Below, in pieces: positions 26,911 through 39,390 of a DNA stretch of 64,000 nt. The DNA comes from Octopus vulgaris (Eukaryota): the NCBI GenBank assembly GCA_951406725.2, contig OX597835.1, positions 4,650,001 through 4,714,000 of the forward strand. The letters run 5' to 3'. A program made the position numbers and the translations under genes. How positions within the stretch are numbered: position 1 is the first letter of the stretch; every line of letters starts with the position of its first letter. Below the pieces are notes generated by a model. The model was not told the origin of the DNA, searched no databases, and saw only the letters and a list, made by a program, of their open reading frames with translations.

Positions 26911-27328
26911 TAGAATACCTTTGATCCAAAAGTCGAATGGAGCAAAGTTAATACGTGGTTAAATAGCAACAATAAACAGAATGTACAACGGAGAGACAAC
27001 TCTGCAGTAGAACCATTGGGTAATTGGAAATGTGTAGAACGGAATATCGGAAACGTTCGATTAGGGAATCACATGGAAAGGTGAGCCAACGACGTGCAGC
27101 GTGCCATTGCTGTCCGACGTGTGGGTCACGCTACAACAACTTCGTTTGATTTAATACGAAACGAATTTAATGAAACAAAAGCGAACTTTAATTCGCTTTG
27201 GCAGTATTATAAGTGAACTTAAATTTGTTTCTTATTAAATTCAACGAAGTTGTCATTTAACTCCTGGTCAGCAACCTTCCATCAGATCTTTGGTAAAGAA
27301 AAAAAAAAACAAAACAAAACTTGACCAT

Positions 27329-27516
27329 AGGCGTAGGAGTGGCTGTGTGGTAAGTAGCTTGTTTACCAGCCACATGGTTCCGGGTTCAGTCTCACTGCGT
27401 GGCACCTTGGGCAAGTGTCTTCTACTTATAGCCTCGGGCCGACCAATGCCTTGTGAGTGGATTTGGGAGACGGAAACTGAAAAGAAGCCCGTCGTATATA
27501 TGTATAGAATATATAT

Positions 27517-27555
<39 letters not shown>

Positions 27556-27638
27556 TCTTCTGCTATAGCCCCGGGCCGACCAATGCCTTGTGAGTGGATT
27601 TGGTAGACGGAAACTGAAAGAAGCCTGTCGTATATATG

Positions 27639-27679
<41 letters not shown>

Positions 27680-27838
27680 CTGTGTTTGTCCCCCTAGCAT
27701 TGCTTGACAACCGATGCTGGTGTGTTTACGTCCCCGTCACTTAGCGGTTCGGCAAAAGAGACCGATATAATAAGTACTAAAGGCGGTGATCCAGCATGGC
27801 CGCAGTCAAATGACTGAAACAAGTAAAAGAGTAAAAGA
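27329..27838 (+). mobile_element. SINE family A with internal duplication and 3' deletion
   Basis: Segment agtgtcttc...gtcgtatat occurs twice around a (TA)n tract. Confidence 0.85.
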
Positions 27839-28358
27839 CTATAATAGTTTTCTAAAAAAAACAATTTAAGCTTTTTTTTTTTCCATGTCAATCGCAAATG
27901 ATAATTTTCTACTTTCATTTTACAATTATAAATGTTTCTTTTATATATAATCGACTTAATCCGTCCGTCTGTCCTTGTTTGTCTCCTCTGTGTTTAGCCC
28001 CTTGTGGGTAGTAAAGAAATTGGTATTTCGTCTGTCTTTACGTTCTGAGTACAAATTTCGCCGAGGTCGACTTTTCCTTTCATCCTTTCGGGGTCGATAA
28101 ATTAAGTACCAGTTGCGTACTGGGGCTTGATCTAATCGACTGGCCTTACTCCCCCAAATTTCAGGCCTTGTGCCTAGTGTAGAAAAGAATAGCCATTTGA
28201 GAGGTTTCCCAGCCCCCCCCCAACTTTTCAGCCTAAGGTGGTGAATTGTTTTTTTTTCTCTCTTTTTTTCTTTCTTTTATTTTTAATCATCAATTTCTTC
28301 GATTGTGTTCCCTGTTTTGTCCAAATTTCTAATTTAATTTTGTAAAACTATCGAAATA

Positions 28359-28768
28359 GGCGCAGGGGTGGCTGTGTGGTAAGTAGCTTGCTAACCAACC
28401 ACATGGTTCCGGGTTCAGTCCCACTGCGTGGCACCATGGGCAAGTGTCTTCTGCTATAGCCTCGGGCCGACCAAAGCCTTGTGAGTGGATTTGGTTGACG
28501 GAAACTGAAAAGAAGTTCGTCGTATATATGTATATATATGTATGTGTATATGTGTGTGTTTGTGTCTGTGTTTGTCCCCCTAGCATTGCTTGACAACCGA
28601 TGCTGGTATGTTTATGTCCCCGTCACTTAGCGGTTCGGCAAAAAGTGACCGATAGAATAAGTACTGGGCTTACAAAGAATAAGTCCCGGGGTCGAGTTGC
28701 TCGATTAAAGGCGGTGCTCCAGCATGGCCGCAGTCAAATGACTGAAATAAGTAAGAGTAAGAGAGTAA
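28359..28768 (+). mobile_element. SINE family A
   Basis: Full head, body and tail. Confidence 0.9.
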
Positions 28769-29024
28769 CTAAAATAATGTGCTGCCAGTCAAACAGTAAA
28801 GCCAGGTTTATCTACCTTAAACGTTCAGTTAATAAAGGAAACTAGTTTTCCCACCACACGGACATTAACAACCAATTGAACTGCAAGCTGAGCCCGAGTG
28901 AGATTTTAGAACTAATATTTTTCTTTGTCATGGATGTACCCATGACCACAGCAGTGACTTCAACAGGAAAATCTAAAAATACAAAATACTGACTGGTACA
29001 ATATGTGCCGCGAGGTGTGTGGAG

Positions 29025-29445
29025 CCACGAATTGGCAGAAACGTTTGCACGCCGGGCGAAATGCGTAGCCGTATTTCGTCTGCCGTTACGTTCTGGGTTC
29101 AAATTCCGCCGAGGTCGACTTTGCCTTTCATCCTTTCGGAGTCGATAAAATAAGTACCAGTTACGCACTGGAGTCGATGTAATCGACTTAATCCGTCTGT
29201 CTGTCTGTCCTTGTTTGTCCCCTCTGTGTTTAGCCCCTTGTGGGTGGTAAAGAAATAGGTATTTCGTCTGCCGTTACGTTCTGAGTTCAAATTCCGCCGA
29301 GGTCGACTTTGCCTTTCATCCTTTCGGGGTCGATAAATTAAGTACCAGGTACGCACTGGAGTCGATGTAATCGACTTAATCCGTCTGTCTGTCTGTCCTT
29401 GTTTGTCCACTCTGTGTTTAGCCCCTTGTGGGTAGTAAAGAAATA
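29025..29445 (+). mobile_element. SINE B dimer (full unit plus headless unit)
   Basis: Junction gaaatagg|tatttcgtc at about 29260. Confidence 0.9.
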
Positions 29446-29449
29446 TATC

Positions 29450-29900
29450 ACGAAAGACGAGGGAAGAATTTTGGAACAAACGATAACCCCATTCAGATCG
29501 ACGAAGCAAGATTTGCTGCTCGATGAAGATACAGTTGAGGAAGAATGTTGAATGGTGACAACGCTCCTCTCTTCGAAGACAGTGATGTCGAATAACGAAA
29601 CAACAGGAACCGTGGACGTAGAATTGATGGGTTTTGGGGTTTTGGTTTCAAAACAAGGCTCAGACTGTCGATTCTTTTGTGTGGGACGGCGTGGCGGGAA
29701 CAGTCTGATCCCAATTATTGAAAGAGAATGTGAAAACGGTTCATTAATTCAGATGAGTGACCCGCTTATAACAATTTAAATGCGATAGGTTATCACCACC
29801 TGACAGTGAACTATCAACGACATTATGTGGATCCAGTAACCAGAGCCCACACTCAGGGCATTGAGTGATTATGGTTAGATGCTAAAACTATGATTCTGGT
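29450..29900 (+). pseudogene. Merlin (IS1595/ISXO2-like) transposase remnant
   Basis: Across frameshifts reads IQIDEARF, LIPIIEREC.NGSLI, DE.PAYNNL..IGYHHLTVN and YVDPVT.AHTQGIE.LW. Confidence 0.85.
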
Positions 29901-30263
29901 AGAAAAATTTTTTTTAAATCTCTGTGAAATATCTGAAATTTTTTAATCGCTGAAATATCTGAAGTGTTTTGTCTCTGAAATATGTGGAAATATCTGAAAG
30001 ACAAGGTAGATAACCCTGTTTGACTGCTTATGATACTGGCACCAATAATGTGAATAAAAATAGAACCATGACCATTGTAGCTTTCATTCGGACTGTATAT
30101 AATGGAGAAGAGTTATTTGAGGGAAATTTGGCGGATCTGTTTTAATCTTAGTCACAGAGTTTTTAATTATTTCTTTTTTCAACTAAACAGTTTGAAACTA
30201 CGGATACTGGTTGAATGTGTCACGTACAACACGGTTTACTCTTAACGTTTTTGACACACACAC

Positions 30264-30323
<60 letters not shown>

Positions 30324-30372
30324 AATTCAGGGTGAATACTTGATAAATGTAAGCACCTGTATAGGTGATAGG

Positions 30373-30799
30373 ATATATGTATCAAAAGAAAAACAGGACG
30401 CAAAGGATTTTGCGGTACATATGTTTCGGGCTTTATTGAACAACTAATTCTCATATCAATGCATAGTTGATAGAACAGATAGATCAAAAGCCTTCTCCAG
30501 CCGCGTACAATTACCACACCAAAGACATGTATCACATAATGACAGGTTTGAGAAAGAGTTTGAGAAAAAACCGAGTTTCATTTACTTTCCCAATGAAACT
30601 CGGTTTTTTCTCAAACTCTTTCTCAAACCCATTATAATGTGATACATGTGTTTGGTGTGGTAATTGTACGCGGCTGAAAGGCTTTGGATCTATCTGTTGT
30701 ATCAACTATGCATTGATATAAGAATTAGTTGTTCAATAAAGCCCGAAACATATGTACCGCAAAATCCTTTGCGTCCTGTTTTTCTTTTGATACATATAT
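30373..30799. mobile_element. Foldback palindrome (about 208-bp arms, 9-nt loop), probable MITE
   Basis: Arms are near-exact reverse complements around loop 30583-30591; flanked by TA. Confidence 0.85.
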
Positions 30800-30836
30800 A
30801 TATACATATATATATGTATATATATATATGTATATA

Positions 30837-30870
<34 letters not shown>

Positions 30871-30898
30871 TATATATGTATATATATATATGTATATA

Positions 30899-30980
<82 letters not shown>

Positions 30981-30984
<4 letters not shown>

Positions 30985-31231
30985 GTTGGTGCATAATTAT
31001 TGCGGCTTTATTTCGACAAATTTTATTGAACAAAAACATTAAGAATATTTAACAAAAACATCTTTAAATGACGCTCTGGCCGTCTGCCAAGCAAATAGGG
31101 AGCAGTAATTGAAGTAGATGGTGAATATGCTCCGGAATAATCATTTAAAGATGTTTTTGTTACATGTTGTTATTGTTTTTGTTGAATAAAATTTGTTGAA
31201 AAAAAGCCGCAATAATTATGCACCAACCCAA
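30981..31231. mobile_element. Mariner MITE
   Basis: TIRs TTGGGTTGGTGCATAATTATTGCGGCTTT at both ends; TA TSD. Confidence 0.92.
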
Positions 31232-31237
31232 TACATA

Positions 31238-31900
31238 CAGGGGTTGCACAAAATAATGGAAACACCTTAAAATTTCAAACAAATTTATTTTAATATGGGG
31301 TAGGACCGCCTTTGGCATTAATTACAGCTTGAATTCTACGAGTTATGGACTCGTACAAAGTTTGAATAATTTCCAAAGGAATTTTTGTCCATTCTTCAGC
31401 TAAAACAGTCTCCAGTTTTTCTAGTGATGATGGTGGAGGATATTGAGTCCCTACTTGTTTTTCTAAAATGCACCAAAAATGTTCAATAATATTGAGATCT
31501 GGGGACTGTGGTGACCAGATAAGATGTTCGACTTCCCTAGAATGTTCTTCGTGGCATTCAGTAACAACTTTAGCTGTGTGAATTGGTGCATTATCATCCT
31601 GAAAGATTGCATTTCCCCCCGGAAACAGTTCCACAACCATAGGATGAATTTGCTCAGATAAAATGCTTAAATAGTCTTCACTACTAATCCTGTCATGAAG
31701 GGAAGCCACTAGGTCAGCAGATTTCCAAAATACAAACCCCACCCCAGATCATCACAGATCCTCCTCCATGTTTAACAGTTGGAAGAAGGCAGTCTGGATC
31801 AAATGCTTCTTTTGGCTCTCTTCACACGTATACTCGGCCGGTGGTCGCAAATAAGCTAAAGGATGACTCATCCAAGAAATAACATTCTTCCACTGCTCTA
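31238..31900 (-). pseudogene. Tc1-family transposase C-terminal remnant (DD36E spacing) with one TIR
   Basis: FQDDNAPIH...WSPQSPDLNIIE...AKGGPTPY; TA followed by TIR CAGGGGTTGCACAAAATAATGGAAACAC at 31238. Confidence 0.9.
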
Positions 31901-31991
31901 GAGAGTGACTTGTGCTTTCAGGTGCTGGTGCCACTTAAAAAGTGCCCATGCCAGTGCCGCATTAAAGGACCCGTGCTGGTGGTGTGTTAGG

Positions 31992-32372
31992 GAAGCACTC
32001 CGTCGGTTACGACGACGAGGGTTCCGGTTGATCCGAATCAACGGAACAGCCTGCTCATGAAATTAACGTGTAAGTGGCTGAGCACTCCACAGACACGTGC
32101 ACCCTTAACGTAGTCCTCGGGGATATTCAGCGTAACACAGAGAGTGACAAGGCCGGCCCTTTGAAATACAGGTACAACAGAAACAGGAAGTAAGAGTGAG
32201 AGAAAGTTGTGGTGAAAGAGTACAGCAGGGGTCACCACCATCCCCTGCCGGAGCCTCGTGGAGCTTTGGGTGTTTTCGCTCAATAAATACTCACAACGCC
32301 CGGTCTGGGAATCGAAACCGCGATCCTATGACCGCGAGTCCGCTGCCCTAACCACTGGGCCATTGCGCCTCC
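31992..32372 (-). mobile_element. SINE family C long-tail variant (second copy 55054-55437)
   Basis: Near-identical ~380 bp pair with the same tRNA-like head. Confidence 0.88.
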
Positions 32373-32719
32373 ATTGGTGGTGTGTAAACGCACATATGCC
32401 AGTGGAATGTAGAAAGCACGACTTAAGTAGTTGGCATTAGGGAAGGCATCCAGTCATAGAAACCATGCCACAACAGACAACTGTAGTCTGGACCGCTGCA
32501 TGCAAGCCAGCTCTATGTCAAAACAGTTTGTTCTCGATGGAACATGAATTGGGTGCTCTCTGACATTGTACCAGCAGCAGAGGCGTGTACTTTGTATACA
32601 GTAAATGTAAATGCAGAGAATAATGTGTAATGACAGCAGAGAGACCAGAAATGGTTTGTTGATCTATGCTGGTATCTGTAGTCAGTTCCTTGATCCAAGA
32701 GTACAAAAAAAATGACTAC

Positions 32720-33107
32720 AGATTGACTTTGCCTTTTCATCCTTTCGGGGTCGATTAATAAGTACCTATTTCTTTACTACCCACAAGGGGCTAAACACAG
32801 AGGAGACAAACAAGAACAGACAAACGGATTAAGTCGATTACATCGACCCCAGTGCGTAACTGGTACTTAATTTATCGACCCCGAAAAGATGACAGGCAAA
32901 GTCGACCTTGGCGGATTTGAACTCAGAACGTAACGGCAGACGAAATACGGCTACGCATTTCGCCCGGGGTGCTAACGCTTCTGCCAGCTCGCCGCCTTAT
33001 TAATAAGTACCAGTTACGCACTGGGGTCGATGTAATCGACTTAATCCCTTGGTCTGTCCTTGTTTGTCCTCTCTATGTTTAGCCCCCTGTGGGCAATAAA
33101 GTAATAG
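32720..33107. mobile_element. SINE B inserted in inverted orientation into another SINE B
   Basis: TSD ATTAATAAGTACC at 32754-32766 and 32999-33011. Confidence 0.88.
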
Positions 33108-33767
33108 AAAAAAAGTTCTCTTCTCTCTTAGCTCCACGTTACTTTCGTCGTTCAATGTCACTGGTCTGTATCTGGGAGTTGATGTTTGGTTTGTATTTTG
33201 TCATTCATTAATGTTTCATAGTTAATCGTGTCTTTGGTAGTGACATTCTCTACTGAATGATAATGTTATCAGCTAATATTTTTCTTTCTAGTTTTATTTA
33301 GTAATGCGCTGTAATTTGCAAATTATTTTAAATGCAGATTCAACGACAGAGTCTGTCACAATCTAAATATGTGAAATCTTGTTTCCAGGGTTTCTATCAC
33401 GTACGACGTTTCTAAAGAAACAGGAAACGACATGACAGTCGACAAGCAAGTTTTCCACGATAAAACGAACCTCACCCCAACAAAATCTCAGTACCATAGC
33501 CAATATTAGTAATCCATAAACACCTTCAGACACACTACATCAACAATCGGTTCTCATAGTTACTGACTTAGAAGCCACTACTGCAAAAACTGGAGGTGTT
33601 CAGGGACTGCTTTTTTCTTCCGAAGCGAGGCACGGGAAGTCTTCGTCGGCATATGTGAACGAGGTCACTGAATGGACTCTAACAAGATAGAAGTCCAGGT
33701 GTTCTGAATACGTGTCACTAACAGGAGCAGACCTCAGATACGAGGAGTCATTAGACTTGCATCTCAG

Positions 33768-34035
33768 CACCAGTGTCATCTCTTGTGAAAGGTAGGAGAG
33801 TCCAGTTTGCTGGACATTGTTGTAGAGCTGAAAAAGAAGTAATTTCTACTCTTCTCCTCTGGAAGCCATCTACTCGCAATACCAGAGGGCGCACACTCTC
33901 CTACCCTAATGTAATCTCTAGGGATACAGGCATCCAGCAACAGGACCTCCGTAATGCCATGATGGACCATGAAGTCTGGCGTAGCATGGTAAATTCCATT
34001 GTCTCGACCACGGTAGAACAATGATGATGATGATG
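33768..34035 (+). mobile_element. RTE-type LINE 3' end with (GAT)n tail
   Basis: RRVQFAGHCCR...LLLWKP...GR...MDHEVWR motifs. Confidence 0.85.
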
Positions 34036-34179
34036 TGGTACACTGGACAAACAGATTGGTTAAATAGTTTGAAATTTGGTTTGGTCTGGATCTCCTGGTA
34101 GTTAAGAACCATCCCAAGCCAATTACACCACCTCTTTCGCAATAGTCATCAGACAGAAGAAAACTGCGTGTCTAATCCA

Positions 34180-34370
34180 TTTAAAGGAAGTTAGTAGAGG
34201 CAATATTCACGACAGAGTTCGCTGATAGTCGGATCTGTAACAACGCCTGTTCGACAAAACTCCAGAAGTCAGCAATAGTAGGAGCCTGCACGAGTGCATG
34301 CAGCACGCGTTCGTCCCTTTGCATACATCTCAACAAGCCCACCTCGAACCATTGTCTGGTATCAGAAGTA
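34180..34370 (-). mobile_element. Tx1/L1-like LINE C-terminal remnant
   Basis: LRC..RDERVLHALVQ zinc-knuckle-like segment, related to 52690-52990. Confidence 0.55.
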
Positions 34371-34724
34371 ATCTCCATTTTCATGTTATCAAGTGTTCGG
34401 TGCTAGGAATATTAACATAGAAATAAAACTGCTAGGTATTGTCTCCATCATAGTGTCAGCAATAATTTGACATCAGAATCATCTCTGTTGTGTTGTCAAT
34501 AAGAATTTCATGTTACAAATATAATCTGTGTCAACTTCAGCATGAGGTACATGTTTCAAATTGTCTTGCTTTCATCTTTTATACAATACGGTGACATAGT
34601 TTGTGGCTTTCATATTACATTCAGGTGCGGTCCTAGGAATTTTTCGAAGGAAGGGCACAAGGTCAGAAGGAAGTACAATTCCAGGGGAAAAGAGTGTAAT
34701 AACATTATTTAGAAAGGCGCACTT

Positions 34725-34935
34725 CTTTTCTTGAGCCTGGATTCTTCTTTCAATTTCTGCTGTCAGTGTCCATGTCTCACGGGCATATAGGAATATTGAG
34801 ACCACTAGTGATCTCATTAGCCTAATTTTGGAGCTCAGTGAGACATTTCTGTCTTTCCACAGTGTTCTGAATTTAGTTATTGATGCTGTTGTTGTTTTGG
34901 CAATGCGGGATATCACTTCAGGTTTGGAACCTTTG
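34725..34935 (-). mobile_element. RTE LINE fragment
   Basis: KPEVISRIA...SKIRLMRSLVVSIFLYA.ETWTL...RRIQA.E motifs. Confidence 0.85.
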
Positions 34936-35022
34936 CTTCATATAGTAATAGTTAGATGTTCTGAAGAGTCTAATATTTTGAACGGAAGTAGAGTGTTATA
35001 GTTTCGCTACTAATTTTAACAG

Positions 35023-35094
<72 letters not shown>

Positions 35095-36003
35095 TGCACA
35101 CATGCACATGCATACACTACAGGCATGGCTGTGTGGTAACAATTTTTTCTTCTCAACCACATGGTCTTGGGTTCAGTCCCACCACATGTCACATTACACA
35201 AGTGTCCTTTACTATAGCAGTGACTCTCAACCATTTTTGGGCTGTGGACCCCTTTGGTTGCTATTTTCCTCTACTCGATCTCCATAACCATTTGATGTTT
35301 AAAAATCTTATTGTATTTTAATAATCAATATTATCAGGAATTTATCCAAAAATTGTTAAACTGTTTTGTATATTGTAGAATTATGAACAATTTATTGCAC
35401 TTGAACTTTAGCAGCAAAATCTTATATGGACTTGCCACTTAAATTGTCTATCTTATATGACTTAGATTTGATAAACTAGTCTATAAATTAAAACTCCCCC
35501 CCCACCGACCAATAGTAAATCTGAATAACAGAAATGATCAGTGATAAGCAGCGTCGTTTTTGAAAAAATCTCAGTTCCAACTGTGATGTTGGTAAAACAT
35601 GTTCTTCATAAGCTGCTCTGATATCATGGAGATTTGGTCCCAAAGATTTTCTCTGGTGCCGAGTGCTACTGATAAACGGTTGTCTCTTCTTGACAATCAG
35701 ATCCATAGACACATCTTGTGCTAATGGAAGGCCATTGTAAATGGGATGTTTGATCCCCGTGACCCAGTGCTACAGGGAGAACGTCAGCCGGCAACTTGAC
35801 CACCTGAAGAATCGGATTTGGCAGAAATCAGTGAATCACTTGCAGTGGAATATCATAAACCGAAGAAGCAGCTGTAGTTACTCGCTTATTGTGAGGTGAC
35901 ACTGTGCTTATCACTGAACCAGTTACAGTTGCTGTCGGCTGATAAGCGATGCCCCTGGCTTTTCCTTTCGTTCAGTCTTTGGGTCCGTATATTATGGTGT
36001 CAT

Positions 36004-36186
36004 ACTCTTTTACTCTTTTACTTGTTTCAGTCATTTGACTGCGGCCATGCTGGAGCACCGCCTTTAGTCGAGCAAATCGACCCCGGGACTTATTCTTTGT
36101 ATTATATCGTTCACTTTTGCCGAACCGCTAAGTGACGGGGACAGAAACACACCAGCATCGGTTGTCAAGCAATGCTAGGGGGACAA

Positions 36187-36217
<31 letters not shown>

Positions 36218-36389
36218 CATATATACGACAGGCTTCTTTCAGTTACCGTCTACCAAATCCACTCACAAGGCTTTGGTCGGCCCGGGGCTATAGCAGAAGA
36301 CACTTGCCCAAGATGCCACGCAGTGGGACTGAACCCGGAACCATGTGGTTGGTAAGCAAGCTACTTACCACACAGCCACTCCTGCGCCT
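36004..36389 (-). mobile_element. SINE family A
   Basis: Near-identical to the other copies. Confidence 0.9.
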
Positions 36390-36969
36390 ATGTCATGGAG
36401 AAAATAATAAAATAAATTACGAATCTTTGAAAACTGAAATATCACTTCCCTGCATGCCATCGCGATGCCATGAAAAACATTGTTTTTGTTTTGTTTTTAT
36501 ACACATATGACGTTTTTTTTATATCCTTTATAAGACATTTTTAATAAAACGTTACCAAAGTAAACATTATTAATAAAAGGAAATGTACATATTACAACAA
36601 ATTTTCGTCTACGAGGAAATTTTGCTGCAAGTTGTTATCTGTAATCTCTCGCCTTAAACCTGAATTTAACCCCCAACCCCAACCATAATAGGCTTTCAAT
36701 TGGTTGATATAACATCGTCTGCTGGATGGAATGTCGAGAATTATTAAATCTGACTGGCCAGAGTCACAAAAATAAAATTTACAAAAACGGTGTTTGTGTA
36801 ACAAGAGGGGATCGAGACTGGGAAAGGTGGTGGTCAATTGTAAGAGTGGTATGGCAAGTGGCAGGTCGTCGCGAAGCGTTGATTTAGTGCGATGACGGAA
36901 AAAAAAGTGTTGATTGAGCAAAGAGAGTCGCGCTATTATGGGAGGGGAATAAGGACGGGGGTTGGCATC

Positions 36970-37005
<36 letters not shown>

Positions 37006-37234
37006 TTAAAGTCATTGAATTAGATCACATTCTCCTCTCGTTTACAGACGAGAGGGGGAAAGATACAATAAATAAAATGTTTAAATATAATTAGTGGAAA
37101 AGAAAGTGCGATTAACGATAATTATTGTTACAATCCTATTCCTCTTCCTTCTTTTTTCGGATAATTTTAGGTGAATTTTTAGTCGCTGGTGAATTTGCAG
37201 TGTCGCTACAACGTCGGACAAATGCCTTATGATA

Positions 37235-38340
37235 CAGGGTGTCCCAAAAGTCACTGATGAGTTTCAGTTTTTAATAACTTCGTTAACTTTACAAATAAAT
37301 GCATGAAATTTTGATTCAATATGAAGTACATCATGGAATGGAATTATTTAACCTTTTCCTTCTCTTTTCAGATTGTATGTGCTTTCACTTGAACGCGTTC
37401 ATCAACAAGCAAAATTGCCATTTTGGGGGCTCTGAGCATCCGAGAACAGTACACCTGCGAAAACTGCACCCTGCAAAGGTGCACGGTGTTGTTGTTATAT
37501 ATATACAATGTATTGAGTATTAAAGGAAGTAGTGAGTACTTAGTATGAAAGATTAAGAAAATGAGAGAGACTGAAAAAACGTGTTAACGATACGAGATAT
37601 TTTATTAGACTGCCGTTGTTGTACAAGGTATTTGTTGTGGCGGGAAACTTACTGAATGTCCTTGTATCAAGGGAGACAATGGGCAACGTTGATTGTTCAT
37701 GTTTGTTGTGATGATTACATAACACACGGTAGGGTGTGGATTGACAGCAGATTAAAATCATCGGTTCATATTTCTTTGAGGACGATGACGGAAATGGTGT
37801 CACGGTGACTGGAGAATAGTACAGAACCATGGTTAAAACCTCTTTGCGCCCGGCCATTCAAAGTAGACCTCACACAAGGTTCCAGCAAGATGGGGCAACT
37901 GCAAGAGTAACAATGCAGTTGCTATGGCAGTGCTTTGGAGAGAGAATAATCTCTCGCTACTGCAATGTCAACTGGCTTTCACGTTCCTCGGATTTTTTTC
38001 TCATGGGGAAACCTGAAAGAGATAGTTTACGTCAACAAACCGGAGACCCTGGCGCAGCTGAAGGAGAACATCAATGAAGAAATCAGAGAAGTGGGGTTTG
38101 AAACTCTTGAGGGTGTTATGGTGCAAGTTTTGGAAAGAGCACGGGCGTACGAAGCCGAAAATGGCTGCCATTTAGGCAATGTCGTTTTTCATATGTGATG
38201 TAGAGGAGCTGCAAAATTTGACTTGTGCATATTAATTTCCATTATGTCCTTTATAAAGTATAAAACTTACATGCATTTATTTGTAAAGTTAAGGAAGTTA
38301 TTAAAAATTGAAACCCATCAATGGCTTTCGGTACATCCTG
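37235..38340 (+). mobile_element. Defective mariner-like transposon (rosa/DD41D-like) interrupted by a solo LTR
   Basis: Imperfect TIRs CAGGGTGTCCCAAAAG.. / ..GTACATCCTG. Motifs VNKQNC, LHP.K.TV.CG, IIG.YFFE, FQQDGAT and WG.LKE.VY.NKP.TL..LK. Confidence 0.85.
37487..37724 (-). mobile_element. Solo LTR copy 1
   Basis: TGT...ACA ends; 5-bp TSD CACGG; near-identical to 49525-49761. Strand inferred from an AATAAA. Confidence 0.9.
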
Positions 38341-38779
38341 TGTTTAGTAACAAATCGTTCCATTTCTGAGTTAAAATCCAGCCAAGCCGATTTTATTTCA
38401 TATTATTTCCGGTGTTGATAAAATAAAGCACCGATCAACTATTGAAATCGGTATATTCGAATGTCCTTCTCCGCTTCCCTCAAAATCTAAAGCAAAATCT
38501 AATTATGTGACAAATTATTATGACGTAAATCTGGAGAACTTAGCTAAAAGTTTGGCACGAAGAAAATATATTGTTTCCGTGTTATTTCATTGTGGTATTA
38601 AAATGTAGAATTAAAATGTGGTATAAAAATCACGATCAGTTACTCTTGCAGTTGCCCCATCTTGCTGGAACCTTGTAATTGCACCTGTTAAAACTGGTAA
38701 AGATAAAAGTAAAATTTCGATAATAAAAACAGGGCATACAAATAACAGGAATCGTTCTATTAATATTCCTTGAAATTTT

Positions 38780-39390
38780 GGCTCAAGGCCAGCAAGTTTG
38801 TAGGAAGGGCCAAGTCAATTGAATTGACCCCAGTGTTCAACTGGTACTTATTTTATCGACCTGGAAAGAATAAAAGGTAAAGTCGACTCCCGGCGGAATT
38901 TGAACTCAGAGCGTAAAGACGGACGAAATACCTATTTTTTTACTACCCACAAGGGGCTAAACACAGAGGGGACAAACAAGGACAGACAAACGGATTAAGT
39001 CGATTATATCGATCCCAGTGCGTAACTCGTACTTATTTTATCGACCTGGAAAGAATAAAAGGTAAAGTCGACTCCCGGCGGAATTTGAACTCAGAACGTA
39101 ACGGCAGACGAAATACCGCTAAGCATTTCGCCCGACGTGCTAACGTTTCTGCCAGCTCGCCGGACGAAATACCTATTTCTTTATTACCAACAAGGGGCTA
39201 AACACAGAGAGGACAAACAAGGACAGACAAACGGATTAAGTCGATTATATCGACGCCAGTGCGTAACTGGTACTTATTTTATCGACCTGGAAAGAATAAA
39301 AAGTAAAGTCGACTCCCGGCGGAATTTGAACTCAGAACGTAAAGACGGACGAAATACCGTTAAGTATTTCGTTCGGCGTACTAATGATTG
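38780..39390 (-). mobile_element. Composite SINE B array (3 units)
   Basis: Junctions at about 38931 and 39172; GGACGAAATACCT is duplicated around the middle unit. Confidence 0.9.
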
